DNA of 7,982 nt from a virus (IMGVR_UViG_2690316184_000004:1-7982); one strand, 5' to 3'; positions 1 to 6,254 are shown, counted from the first letter of the stretch. Notes: generated by a model from the sequence alone, not told the origin. Made by a program: numbers and translations.

Positions 1-969
1 ATGAGTGAAGTAACAGATTTAGTTGTTATTGAAAAAGCAAATGCAATGACTGTATTTCAGTCTGCCGACCAGATTGAAGAAATCCTTCAAAGGGTTGAAC
101 GTGAAGTTATGTCCTTTGTGCCTGATATCACAACGGCAAAGGGCAGAAAGGAGATCGCTTCTCTGGCGTATAAAGTTGCGCAGACGAAAACATATCTCGA
201 TGGTCTTGGCAAAGACCTTGTTGCTGAACTGAAGGAAATTCCAAAGCTAATTGATGCTAACCGCAAGACAGTGCGTGATCGCCTTGATGAGCTGAAAGCC
301 AAGGCACGCCAGCCTCTTACTGATTATGAGGAAGAACAGGCGCGGATTAAAGCCGAAGAAGAAGCTAAGGCAGCAGCTGAAGCTCTCGCAAAGCAAATTG
401 AGTCTGACCATGAAATAGCGATTTTGATGGATCGCGAATTTGACCGCCAAAGAGAAGAGGCAAGACTCAAAGCGGAGCAGGAAAAGCGAGAGCATGAAGA
501 ACGCTTAAAAAAAGAAGCTGAAGAGAAAGCCAGAGCTGAAGCCGAAGCAAAGGCAAAAGCCGAAATTGAAGCAGCAGCAAGGCGAGAAGCAGAAGCTAAG
601 GCCGCAGCGGAACGTGCAGAGCGTGAACGCATTGAAGCCGAGCAACGAGCACAGCGCGAAGCAAAAGAGGCAGCAGAACGAGCTGAAAGAGAAAAGCAGG
701 CGGCAATTGAAGCAGAACGCCGAAAAGCACAGGAGGAGGCTGAACGAATCCGGCGCGAGGCTGAAGCAAAAGAGCAAGCCAGAATAGCAGAAGAAAAAAG
801 AATCAAGGACGAAGAAGAGCGTAGAGCAAAGGATAAAGCTCACCGGAAAGAAGTAAATAACAAAATACTTGCTGACCTTATCAAGGTTGGCGCATCAGAA
901 GATGTTGCTAAAAATATCATAACAGCCATCGTAAAAGGCGAAGTATTCGCAACAAAAATAACCTACTAA
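1..969 (+). CDS. Phage hypothetical protein with a ~175-aa E/A/K/R-rich helical (coiled-coil or single-alpha-helix-like) central region between globular N- and C-terminal parts; may be 5'-partial since the ORF begins at window base 1
   Basis: 322-aa ORF ending in tandem stops TAATAA (967-972). Residues ~109-284 are almost entirely E, A, K, R in AEAKA/ERAERE-type repeats. Antisense and alternate-frame ORFs in the same span are low-complexity artefacts. First gene of a co-directional phage operon. Confidence 0.6.
   Translation: MSEVTDLVVIEKANAMTVFQSADQIEEILQRVEREVMSFVPDITTAKGRKEIASLAYKVAQTKTYLDGLGKDLVAELKEIPKLIDANRKTVRDRLDELKAKARQPLTDYEEEQARIKAEEEAKAAAEALAKQIESDHEIAILMDREFDRQREEARLKAEQEKREHEERLKKEAEEKARAEAEAKAKAEIEAAARREAEAKAAAERAERERIEAEQRAQREAKEAAERAEREKQAAIEAERRKAQEEAERIRREAEAKEQARIAEEKRIKDEEERRAKDKAHRKEVNNKILADLIKVGASEDVAKNIITAIVKGEVFATKITY
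325..850 (+). repeat. Purine-rich codon-repeat low-complexity tract (GAA/GCA/AAG/CGA codons) encoding the charged helical region of the first CDS
   Basis: Visibly repetitive gaagc/aaggc/gcagaa units in the sequence. It generates spurious ORFs on both strands (87-302, 247-495, 324-806, 505-843 on -, and 566-787 on +). Confidence 0.5.
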
Positions 970-992
970 TAAACCAACATAAGGAACCACCC

Positions 993-1124
993 ATGATTTA
1001 CGCAATCGCGGGAGGCGCTCGCATGGGTGCCTTCCAACTAAATGAATCTTTACTTGAACGAATCACCCGTAAATTACGTGACGGATGGAAAAGAGTTGAG
1101 GTCTTATTATGCGCAATGAAATAG
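993..1124 (+). CDS. cIII: CIII-like small protein (lambda CIII family, inhibitor of host FtsH protease), 43 aa
   Basis: ATG at 993 preceded by AAGGAA (981-986). Product MIYAIAGGARMGAFQLNESLLERITRKLRDGWKRVEVLLCAMK contains the ESLLERITRKLRDGWKR core that I recall as the conserved amphipathic helix of lambda CIII. Below the 60-aa ORF-track cutoff. Sits where cIII lies in lambda, upstream of kil and the recombination genes. Confidence 0.55.
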   Translation: MIYAIAGGARMGAFQLNESLLERITRKLRDGWKRVEVLLCAMK

Positions 1125-1261
1125 CCATTAATCACCAGATGCTTCGTGCGGCACAAAACAAAGCAGTAATAGCCAGATTTATTGGTGATTCAAAAATGTG
1201 GCTTGAAGCAAATAAAGCGATGAAATCAGCTATCAACCTTCCGTGGTATCGCAGGAAATGA
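1109..1261 (+). CDS. Kil-like small protein (candidate host cell-division inhibitor), 50 aa
   Basis: ATG 1109 with GAGG (1098-1101) upstream; overlaps the cIII-like ORF by 16 nt in another frame. Product MRNEIAINHQMLRAAQNKAVIARFIGDSKMWLEANKAMKSAINLPWYRRK. The IA-FIGD-KM motif resembles my recollection of lambda Kil, and the position after cIII matches lambda order. Assignment from memory only. Confidence 0.4.
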   Translation: MRNEIAINHQMLRAAQNKAVIARFIGDSKMWLEANKAMKSAINLPWYRRK

Positions 1262-1416
1262 GTTTTACAGATAACTGGTCAGACGAAGAATTCATTCGTC
1301 AGATGAAAGAATTAATCGGTAACGAAGGAGATATTCATGTCACTTGCAACCACAGTGAAGGAGAGCAAGTTACAGAGGCGCATGTACACGCAGAAAGCTC
1401 TCTGGTATCGCCATAA
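1258..1416 (+). CDS. Hypothetical small phage protein, 52 aa
   Basis: ATG 1258 overlaps the upstream TGA stop (ATGA, 1258-1261), suggesting translational coupling. The only Shine-Dalgarno-like AGGA is 1 nt from the ATG, so the start is uncertain. Product MSFTDNWSDEEFIRQMKELIGNEGDIHVTCNHSEGEQVTEAHVHAESSLVSP. Confidence 0.3.
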   Translation: MSFTDNWSDEEFIRQMKELIGNEGDIHVTCNHSEGEQVTEAHVHAESSLVSP

Positions 1417-1515
1417 TGGCGACCGCGAAGGAATGCGGGTATGCCTTAATTTGTCCCGAGTCGAAGTATTAAATCAGCGTTATTTCCTTGGGCCATGTCC
1501 ATTCTGAGGTGAATT

Positions 1516-2223
1516 ATGGATTTGAACAAATTCGATGAGCCATTCAGCCCTGAAGATATCGAATGGCGAATACAGCAAAGCGGTAAAACACGCGATGGCA
1601 AAGTGTGGGCTATGGTGCTGGCTTATGTCACGAACCGGGCAATCATGAAACGCCTGGACGATGTTTGCGGCAAAGCAGGATGGCGCAATGAATACCGCGA
1701 TATTCCCAACAACGGCGGCGTTGAATGCGGCATATCAATCAAGATTGATTCCGAATGGGTAACCAAATGGGATGCTGCTGAAAACACGCAGGTAGAAGCC
1801 GTCAAAGGTGGTCGTTCAGGTGCAATGAAGCGTGCTGCCGTTCAGTGGGGAATCGGTCGGTATCTGTATAACCTTGAGGAAGGTTTCGCACAAACATCTC
1901 TCGATAAAAAGCAGGGATGGCACAGGGCAAAACTGAAGGATGGAACAGGATTTTACTGGCTCCCTCCATCGCTGCCTGGCTGGGCAATGCCAGTATCAGA
2001 TAACAAACCATCACCAGAAAATACCAACCAGAAATCTCCATCGGTTGACTGCGAACAAATCCTGAAAGACTTCAGCGATTATGCGTCGACAGAAACTGAC
2101 AAGAAAAAACTCATCGAACGTTATCAGCATGACTGGCAATTAATGGCTGGGAATGAGGATGCGCAGGCTAAATGCGTTCAGGTAATGAACATCAGAGTTA
2201 ACGAACTAAAACAGGCGGCATAA
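1516..2223 (+). CDS. Rad52/Sak-like single-strand annealing protein (DUF1071 / Rad52-22 family phage recombinase)
   Basis: 235-aa ORF; GAGG (1506-1509) 6 nt before ATG 1516. Contains the family pattern as I remember it: KRLDDVCGKAGWRNEY ... GISIKIDSEW ... KGGRSGAMKRAAVQWGIGRYLYN (GW...KRA...GIGRYLY). Immediately followed by ssb. Confidence 0.75.
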   Translation: MDLNKFDEPFSPEDIEWRIQQSGKTRDGKVWAMVLAYVTNRAIMKRLDDVCGKAGWRNEYRDIPNNGGVECGISIKIDSEWVTKWDAAENTQVEAVKGGRSGAMKRAAVQWGIGRYLYNLEEGFAQTSLDKKQGWHRAKLKDGTGFYWLPPSLPGWAMPVSDNKPSPENTNQKSPSVDCEQILKDFSDYASTETDKKKLIERYQHDWQLMAGNEDAQAKCVQVMNIRVNELKQAA

Positions 2224-2697
2224 ATGGCAAGCAGAGGCGTAAATAAGGTGATCATTATTGGTCGCCTTGGGCATGATCCAGAAATCAGATATTCACCATC
2301 AGGAACGGCATTTGCAAACCTTACAGTTGCTACGTCAGAACAATGGCGTGATAAGCAAACTGGAGAGCAAAAGGAGCAGACGGAGTGGCACCGTGTGGTA
2401 ATGAGCGGGAAACTGGCAGAAATTGCCAGCGAATATCTGCGAAAAGGCTCTGAGGTTTATCTTGAAGGCAAATTGCGGACAAGAAAATGGCAGGATCAAA
2501 GCGGACAGGATCGGTTCACTACCGAAGTCATCGTGGGCGTTGGTGGAACCATGCAAATGCTTGGTGGCAAGCAAGGAGGAAATGAACAGTCTTCACCTCA
2601 GCGAAATAACGGTCAGCAACAAAGGCAGCAACCTCAGCAGCAGGGAAATCACAGCGAACCACCTATGAACTTCGACGATTCGGATATTCCGTTCTAG
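2224..2697 (+). CDS. ssb: Single-stranded DNA-binding protein (phage-encoded SSB)
   Basis: 157 aa; ATG directly abuts the upstream TAA. N-terminal OB-fold region is near-identical in pattern to E. coli SSB ([58 protein letters not shown]). Gly/Gln-rich linker and acidic C-terminal tail DDSDIPF (E. coli DDDIPF). Confidence 0.95.
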   Translation: MASRGVNKVIIIGRLGHDPEIRYSPSGTAFANLTVATSEQWRDKQTGEQKEQTEWHRVVMSGKLAEIASEYLRKGSEVYLEGKLRTRKWQDQSGQDRFTTEVIVGVGGTMQMLGGKQGGNEQSSPQRNNGQQQRQQPQQQGNHSEPPMNFDDSDIPF

Positions 2698-2706
2698 GAG
2701 CTGAAA

Positions 2707-3186
2707 ATGAAAATCTGCTCAAGATGCCATCAACAGAAGGAAGAAAGGGACTTTCAAATCAGAAGAGCATCCAGAGATGGATTAACTGCCGCTTGCCGGG
2801 CTTGCCTGGCTGAATACGACAAAGAGCGCGCGGGATTGCCACATCGAGTATCAGCAAGGAGAGAATATCAATCATCGGAACGCGGCAGAGAACGGTGTAA
2901 CGCAGCCAAAAAGCGGTTCATTCAGAGCAACCCATGGAAAAGAAAAGCCCACATCATTGTGGGTAATTTTTTGCGCGACGGTAAGCTAATCCGACCACCA
3001 CAATGTGAGCGCTGCGGATCAGAATGTAAACCACAGGCGCACCACTGCGATTACAGTAAACCTCTTGAAGTAATGTGGCTATGCAAAGCATGTCATGTTG
3101 AATGGCACAAGCACAACAAGCCAATATATCCAGACGAGGAACCAGTAACCCTCCCCTTCCCTCGTCACGCTATTCACGCAATTTAA
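2707..3186 (+). CDS. HNH endonuclease with N-terminal Cys-rich (zinc-ribbon-like) region
   Basis: 159 aa; GGAG (2697-2700) before ATG 2707. C-terminal CERCGS...AHHCDYSKPLEVMWLCKACHVEWHK fits the HNH CxxC...HH...CxxCH pattern. N-terminal CSRCH ... CRAC gives a second Cys pair set. Confidence 0.75.
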   Translation: MKICSRCHQQKEERDFQIRRASRDGLTAACRACLAEYDKERAGLPHRVSARREYQSSERGRERCNAAKKRFIQSNPWKRKAHIIVGNFLRDGKLIRPPQCERCGSECKPQAHHCDYSKPLEVMWLCKACHVEWHKHNKPIYPDEEPVTLPFPRHAIHAI

Positions 3187-3194
3187 GGACTTAC

Positions 3195-3743
3195 ATGAAT
3201 CACTTAATGGTTGACCTTGAAGCAATGGGCAACGGGCCATATGCGCCAGTTATTTCTATTGGGGCGGTATTCTTTGACCCGAATACCGGAGAAACAGGAG
3301 AAGAGTTCTCGGTAAATATCTCGCTTGAGTCATCAATGCGATATCGGGCGCGTCCTGACGCTTCAACGATTTTATGGTGGATGGAACAGAGTGAAGAAGC
3401 CAGAAAATCGCTAACCAGCAACACTCAAGAGCTTTCAACGGCTCTTTCATGGTTATCTGAATTCATCATAAAGAACGCCAACCACAAACTCGTTCAGGTT
3501 TGGGGGAATGGAGCATCATTTGACTGCGTTATTCTCCGCAACAGTTATTCGCTGACAGGGCAGCCAGTTCCGTGGCAGTGGTGGAATGACCGCGACGTAA
3601 GAACAATCGTCGAACTTGGGAAGGTAATAGGATTCGATCCTAAGCGAGATATGCCATTCAAAGGAACTCGCCACAACGCGCTTGATGATGCCATCCACCA
3701 AGCCAAATACGTTTCAGCGATCTGGAAAAAGTTAGCTAAATAA
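3195..3743 (+). CDS. DEDDh-type 3'-5' exonuclease (DnaQ-like fold; resembles the Rv2179c-like exonuclease family found in prophages)
   Basis: Start chosen at ATG 3195 (AAGGAC at 3185-3190) rather than the overlapping 3102 extension. Motif I MVDLEAMG (D-x-E), motif II GNGASFDCVIL (Asp), motif III GTRHNALDDAIHQAKY (His...Asp). Confidence 0.8.
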   Translation: MNHLMVDLEAMGNGPYAPVISIGAVFFDPNTGETGEEFSVNISLESSMRYRARPDASTILWWMEQSEEARKSLTSNTQELSTALSWLSEFIIKNANHKLVQVWGNGASFDCVILRNSYSLTGQPVPWQWWNDRDVRTIVELGKVIGFDPKRDMPFKGTRHNALDDAIHQAKYVSAIWKKLAK

Positions 3744-3759
3744 TCAACAGGAGAAAACC

Positions 3760-4053
3760 ATGCCAGCGCCTCTGTATGGTGCGGATGACCCGCGCCGCTG
3801 TTCCGGCAATTCCGTATCGGAGGTGCTGGATAAATTCAGGAAAAACTACAACCGGATAATGTCGATACCGCAGGAAACGAAAGAGGAAAAGGAATTTCGC
3901 CACTGTATATGGCTTGCAGAGAAAGAAGAACGAGAGCGAATTTACCAGACATCAATCCGACCATTCCGCAAAGCCACATATACCCACTTCCCTGAAATTG
4001 ACCCGCGCCTGCGTAATTACCGCTCACGCTATGGCGCTATCAGTAATGACTGA
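3760..4053 (+). CDS. abc2: Abc2-like protein (P22 anti-RecBCD protein 2 family) - tentative
   Basis: 97 aa; AGGAG (3749-3753) 6 nt before ATG 3760. N-terminus [13 protein letters not shown] and the size match my recollection of P22-type Abc2 annotations in Salmonella/E. coli prophages. Position directly after the recombination genes is consistent. Not verified by alignment. Confidence 0.5.
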   Translation: MPAPLYGADDPRRCSGNSVSEVLDKFRKNYNRIMSIPQETKEEKEFRHCIWLAEKEERERIYQTSIRPFRKATYTHFPEIDPRLRNYRSRYGAISND

Positions 4054-4063
4054 GGAATTTACC

Positions 4064-4231
4064 ATGAGAGGACTTGCATACAATCCCGGCATTCTTCCGG
4101 CAGAAATGATTATTCGCCAACGCGTAAAGCCAATGCCATCGAGAGAGGAATTGCTTAAGAGAAATTCTTTTCCTTCAGTGAATCAAAACAAATATCTGAA
4201 TGCGATGTGGCGCAAAGGAGGCAACCAGTGA
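4064..4231 (+). CDS. Hypothetical small phage protein, 55 aa
   Basis: ATG 4064 with GAGGAA (4052-4057) upstream; in frame with the track's 3914-4231 ORF but avoids overlap with the upstream gene. Stop TGA overlaps the next GTG start (GTGA, 4228-4231). Product [55 protein letters not shown]. Confidence 0.4.
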   Translation: MRGLAYNPGILPAEMIIRQRVKPMPSREELLKRNSFPSVNQNKYLNAMWRKGGNQ

Positions 4232-4671
4232 GCAAGATTGATTATCAAAAGCTTCGTGAAATCGCTGAAAAAACAAAAATTGCTGGTGAAGCACCTGTAA
4301 TGCCTTTCGATCAGCGAATTAATGCGCTTAACGATTTTATGAAGCACTTTTCGCCAGATATCGCGCTGGCATTGTTGGATGAACGGGAAAGAAACCTGCA
4401 ATACATCAAAAGCCGCGATCAGGAGAACGAGGATATTGCGCTAACGGTAGGGAAGCTGCGTGTTGAGCTGGAAGCAGAAAAACAGCGGGCAAAAGTTCTA
4501 TTTATGGAAAATGCTCGGCTTAAGTCAGGCGTAGCCGGTCTGATACACCTCGGTATTCGATATGCAGATGTTGAGGTCATGAGAATTGCTGGAGATGCCC
4601 AGCTTTCTACCCCATGCACTGACAGCATCATAAACAGCATTGCAACAGGCATTCGCATCAAAGGAGAGTGA
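4228..4671 (+). CDS. Ead/Ea22-like protein (N-terminal Ead/Ea22 domain only)
   Basis: Likely GTG start at 4228 with strong AAAGGAGG (4214-4221) 6 nt upstream; the track start at 4207 is also a GTG. N-terminus [15 protein letters not shown]...G matches the (I)DYQALRExAEKA opening typical of Ead/Ea22-like prophage proteins. 147 aa. Confidence 0.6.
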   Translation: MSKIDYQKLREIAEKTKIAGEAPVMPFDQRINALNDFMKHFSPDIALALLDERERNLQYIKSRDQENEDIALTVGKLRVELEAEKQRAKVLFMENARLKSGVAGLIHLGIRYADVEVMRIAGDAQLSTPCTDSIINSIATGIRIKGE

Positions 4672-4672
4672 G

Positions 4673-4864
4673 ATGAACGGACAAATCTCAATTGTTCGAC
4701 CGGGAGCATGTGACGATCGCGAGATACGAATGATTATTCGTCTGTCGATGGGGAAAACAATAACGGCTCTCATTACTCCAGAAAATCTCGCATTAGCATT
4801 AACCGGAAAGTCAGACCTGCCAGTAGAGCTAAAGCTGCGAAATGTTGAGATTAAGGTGAAATAG
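4673..4864 (+). CDS. Hypothetical small phage protein, 63 aa
   Basis: ATG 4673 with GGAG (4663-4666) 6 nt upstream, 1 nt after the upstream TGA. Product MNGQISIVRPGACDDREIRMIIRLSMGKTITALITPENLALALTGKSDLPVELKLRNVEIKVK. No family recognised. Confidence 0.45.
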   Translation: MNGQISIVRPGACDDREIRMIIRLSMGKTITALITPENLALALTGKSDLPVELKLRNVEIKVK

Positions 4865-4866
4865 CT

Positions 4867-5430
4867 ATGACCACTATAACCAATAAGAAACAGTATCCCA
4901 GCGAGCAATATCTTAATGAGCTGATCACCAACATAGAGTTTGCTGCAAGGGCACCAGTTGAAGTCGTGAGAGCGATGGCAGCAGAGCTACAGAAGCGGCG
5001 CGAAGCTGATAGTGCCGAACCTGCAAGTAATCATGAAGAGTTGCCGCTTGATTATCTCCAAGGTCAAAAAGATGGTCTTGAATGGGCTGCGCAGCTTGCA
5101 GAAGCAAATCACCCACAAACTGGCGACTGGCTTTACGATGACCCGCTGGAGCTGGCTAAAGCTATCAGAAAAGGTCCTGACATGCCCGAATTCGATGGAC
5201 CAACTCCGGTAACTCCGGATGGTTGGATAAGCTGTAGTGAGCAAATGCCTGATGATGGTCAGCACGTAATTATTTTATGTGATGGTGCATTCGTTCTTTA
5301 TGCACAATATCGAGACGGTGAGTTTTTTGATGTTGTCCGCAATGGTGAGGAGTTCTTCGAAACGCAGAGCCGCAATGTAACCGACTGGATGCCTCTACCA
5401 GAACCGCCGCAGGAGGTTAACCGTGGCTAA
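4867..5430 (+). CDS. DUF551-domain phage protein (domain usually found at the C-terminus of Ead/Ea22-like proteins)
   Basis: 187 aa; ATG 4867 two nt after upstream TAG; AAGGTGA (4853-4859) upstream. C-terminal WISCSEQMPDDGQHVIIL...TDWMPLPEPP fits the DUF551 signature (W-I-x-V/C-x-E/D-x-L/M-P ... W-M-P-L-P-E-P-P) as I recall it. Confidence 0.65.
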   Translation: MTTITNKKQYPSEQYLNELITNIEFAARAPVEVVRAMAAELQKRREADSAEPASNHEELPLDYLQGQKDGLEWAAQLAEANHPQTGDWLYDDPLELAKAIRKGPDMPEFDGPTPVTPDGWISCSEQMPDDGQHVIILCDGAFVLYAQYRDGEFFDVVRNGEEFFETQSRNVTDWMPLPEPPQEVNRG

Positions 5431-5707
5431 CCTTCAACTGGTAGTTAACGGTGAATATTTCGACCAGATGAAGTCAGGCGAGAAAACGGAAGAGTATCGC
5501 CTGTGTAATGACTACTGGAATAAGCGAATTATGTTCCGGGAGTATGACCGCCTGATTATCACAAAGGGATATCCGAAGCGCGACGATTCCAGCCGCAGAA
5601 TTGATGTTCCGTATGACGGATATGAAATCAAGACAATCACACATCCGCACTTCGGCGATAAACCGGTAAAGGTATACGCGATAAAGGTGAATATCGGCAA
5701 TGAATAA
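5423..5707 (+). CDS. Hypothetical phage protein, possibly ASCH/PUA-like fold
   Basis: GTG 5423 with AGGAGG (5411-5416) 6 nt upstream; overlaps the upstream stop by 8 nt. 94 aa. Pattern VVNGEYFDQMKSGEKTEEYR ... LIITKGY ... VKVYAIKV loosely resembles ASCH-domain beta-barrel proteins (e.g. YqfB-like). Weak assignment. Confidence 0.5.
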   Translation: MANLQLVVNGEYFDQMKSGEKTEEYRLCNDYWNKRIMFREYDRLIITKGYPKRDDSSRRIDVPYDGYEIKTITHPHFGDKPVKVYAIKVNIGNE

Positions 5708-5742
5708 CAATCCTCGCACTCGCGGTGATTTCTTTTATCTGA

Positions 5743-5766
5743 ACTCGCTACGGCGAGTTTTGTTTT
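5743..5766 (+). terminator. Intrinsic terminator-like hairpin (internal operon terminator or attenuator)
   Basis: 6-bp perfect stem ACTCGC (5743-5748) / GCGAGT (5753-5758), 4-nt loop TACG, followed by TTTTGTTTT. Lies in the 72-nt gap between CDS 5423-5707 and CDS 5780-5947. Confidence 0.4.
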
Positions 5767-5779
5767 ATGGAGATGATAA

Positions 5780-5947
5780 ATGCACTTCCGAGTCACAGGT
5801 GAATGGAATGGAGAACCATTCAACAGGGTTATCGAAGCAGAGGACATCAACGACTGCTATGCCCACTGGATGCTGTGGGCGCAGATAGCGCATGCAGACG
5901 TAACCAATATTCGAATTGAAGAACTGAAAGAACACCAAGCCGCCTGA
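5780..5947 (+). CDS. Hypothetical small phage protein, 55 aa
   Basis: ATG 5780 with GGAG (5769-5772) 7 nt upstream; stop TGA sits in the loop of the downstream terminator. Product MHFRVTGEWNGEPFNRVIEAEDINDCYAHWMLWAQIAHADVTNIRIEELKEHQAA. Preferred over the overlapping track ORF 5700-5888. Confidence 0.4.
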   Translation: MHFRVTGEWNGEPFNRVIEAEDINDCYAHWMLWAQIAHADVTNIRIEELKEHQAA

Positions 5948-5962
5948 TGGCGGTTTTTTATT
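5939..5962 (+). terminator. Rho-independent terminator
   Basis: GC-rich stem CCGCC (5940-5944) / GGCGG (5949-5953) with 4-nt loop TGAT, followed by T-run TTTTTTATT (5954-5962). Confidence 0.6.
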
Positions 5963-6004
5963 ACCTGATTTGCAGGTTCGATTCCCTATTCGGAGATAGC
6001 ACTC

Positions 6005-6205
6005 ATGCAACACGAACTACAACCTGATTCACTGGTTGATTTGAAATTCATCATGGCCGATACTGGCTTTGGTAAAACCTTCATCTATGACCGGATTAAG
6101 TCCGGCGACCTGCCAAAAGCCAAAGTTATCCACGGTCGAGCAAGATGGTTATATCGTGACCATTGTGAATTCAAAAATAAGCTCTTAAGCCGCGCCAATG
6201 GGTAA
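6005..6205 (+). CDS. AlpA/Xis-like prophage DNA-binding protein (excisionase or transcriptional regulator family)
   Basis: 66 aa; GGAGA (5991-5995) upstream of ATG 6005. FIMADTGFGKTFIYDRIKSGDLPKAKVIHGRARWLYRDHCEF fits the AlpA-family pattern (helix-turn-helix, tG.s.stIY..i..G.FP, conserved Trp). Last gene of the phage operon, where xis sits in lambdoid phages. Confidence 0.7.
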   Translation: MQHELQPDSLVDLKFIMADTGFGKTFIYDRIKSGDLPKAKVIHGRARWLYRDHCEFKNKLLSRANG

Positions 6206-6221
6206 AATAGCGGGTAAAATA
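6200..6221 (+). repeat. Tandem direct repeat GGGTAAAATA x2 (12-bp period) overlapping the AlpA-like stop codon
   Basis: GGGTAAAATA at 6200-6209 and again at 6212-6221, separated by GC. Each copy contains a -10-like TAAAAT. Confidence 0.4.
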
Positions 6222-6254
6222 TTTCTCACATCTAAAAAACACCATTCCAATCAA

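Noticed and set aside
87-843. Four antisense ORFs (87-302, 247-495, 324-806, 505-843 on -) and one alternate-frame sense ORF (566-787 on +) within the first gene
   Set aside because: All lie in the purine-rich codon-repeat tract. Their products are Ser/Ala/Phe/Cys/Leu- or Lys/Gln/Arg-rich low-complexity strings typical of frame artefacts, and they overlap a better-supported + strand CDS.
2335-2668. ORFs 2335-2574 (-) and 2423-2668 (+) inside the ssb gene
   Set aside because: They are entirely contained in an SSB coding sequence with near-identity to the E. coli SSB pattern. They have no ribosome-binding site and implausible composition.
3102-3194. Upstream extension of the exonuclease ORF starting at 3102
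   Set aside because: It would overlap the HNH gene by 85 nt and add a low-complexity N-terminus. ATG 3195 has a ribosome-binding site and begins right at conserved exonuclease motif I.
3914-4063. Long form of the 3914-4231 ORF and the track's 4640 start for the 4640-4864 ORF
   Set aside because: The long starts overlap the preceding genes extensively. The internal ATGs at 4064 and 4673 have ribosome-binding sites and give coupled junctions, so the shorter forms were taken.
5700-5888. 62-aa ORF 5700-5888 as the gene after the ASCH-like CDS
   Set aside because: It runs through the 5743-5766 hairpin, has Arg/Cys/Thr-rich odd composition, and overlaps the 5780-5947 ORF, which has a better ribosome-binding site and ends at a terminator. 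It cannot be fully excluded, since its ATG overlaps the upstream stop.
5969-5985. tRNA T-loop-like motif GCAGGTTCGATTCC, considered as a tRNA 3' fragment or att core
   Set aside because: The flanking sequence (CCCTATTCGG) cannot complete a T-stem or acceptor stem and there is no CCA-compatible 3' end. Most likely a chance match to the GGTTCGAnTCC consensus.
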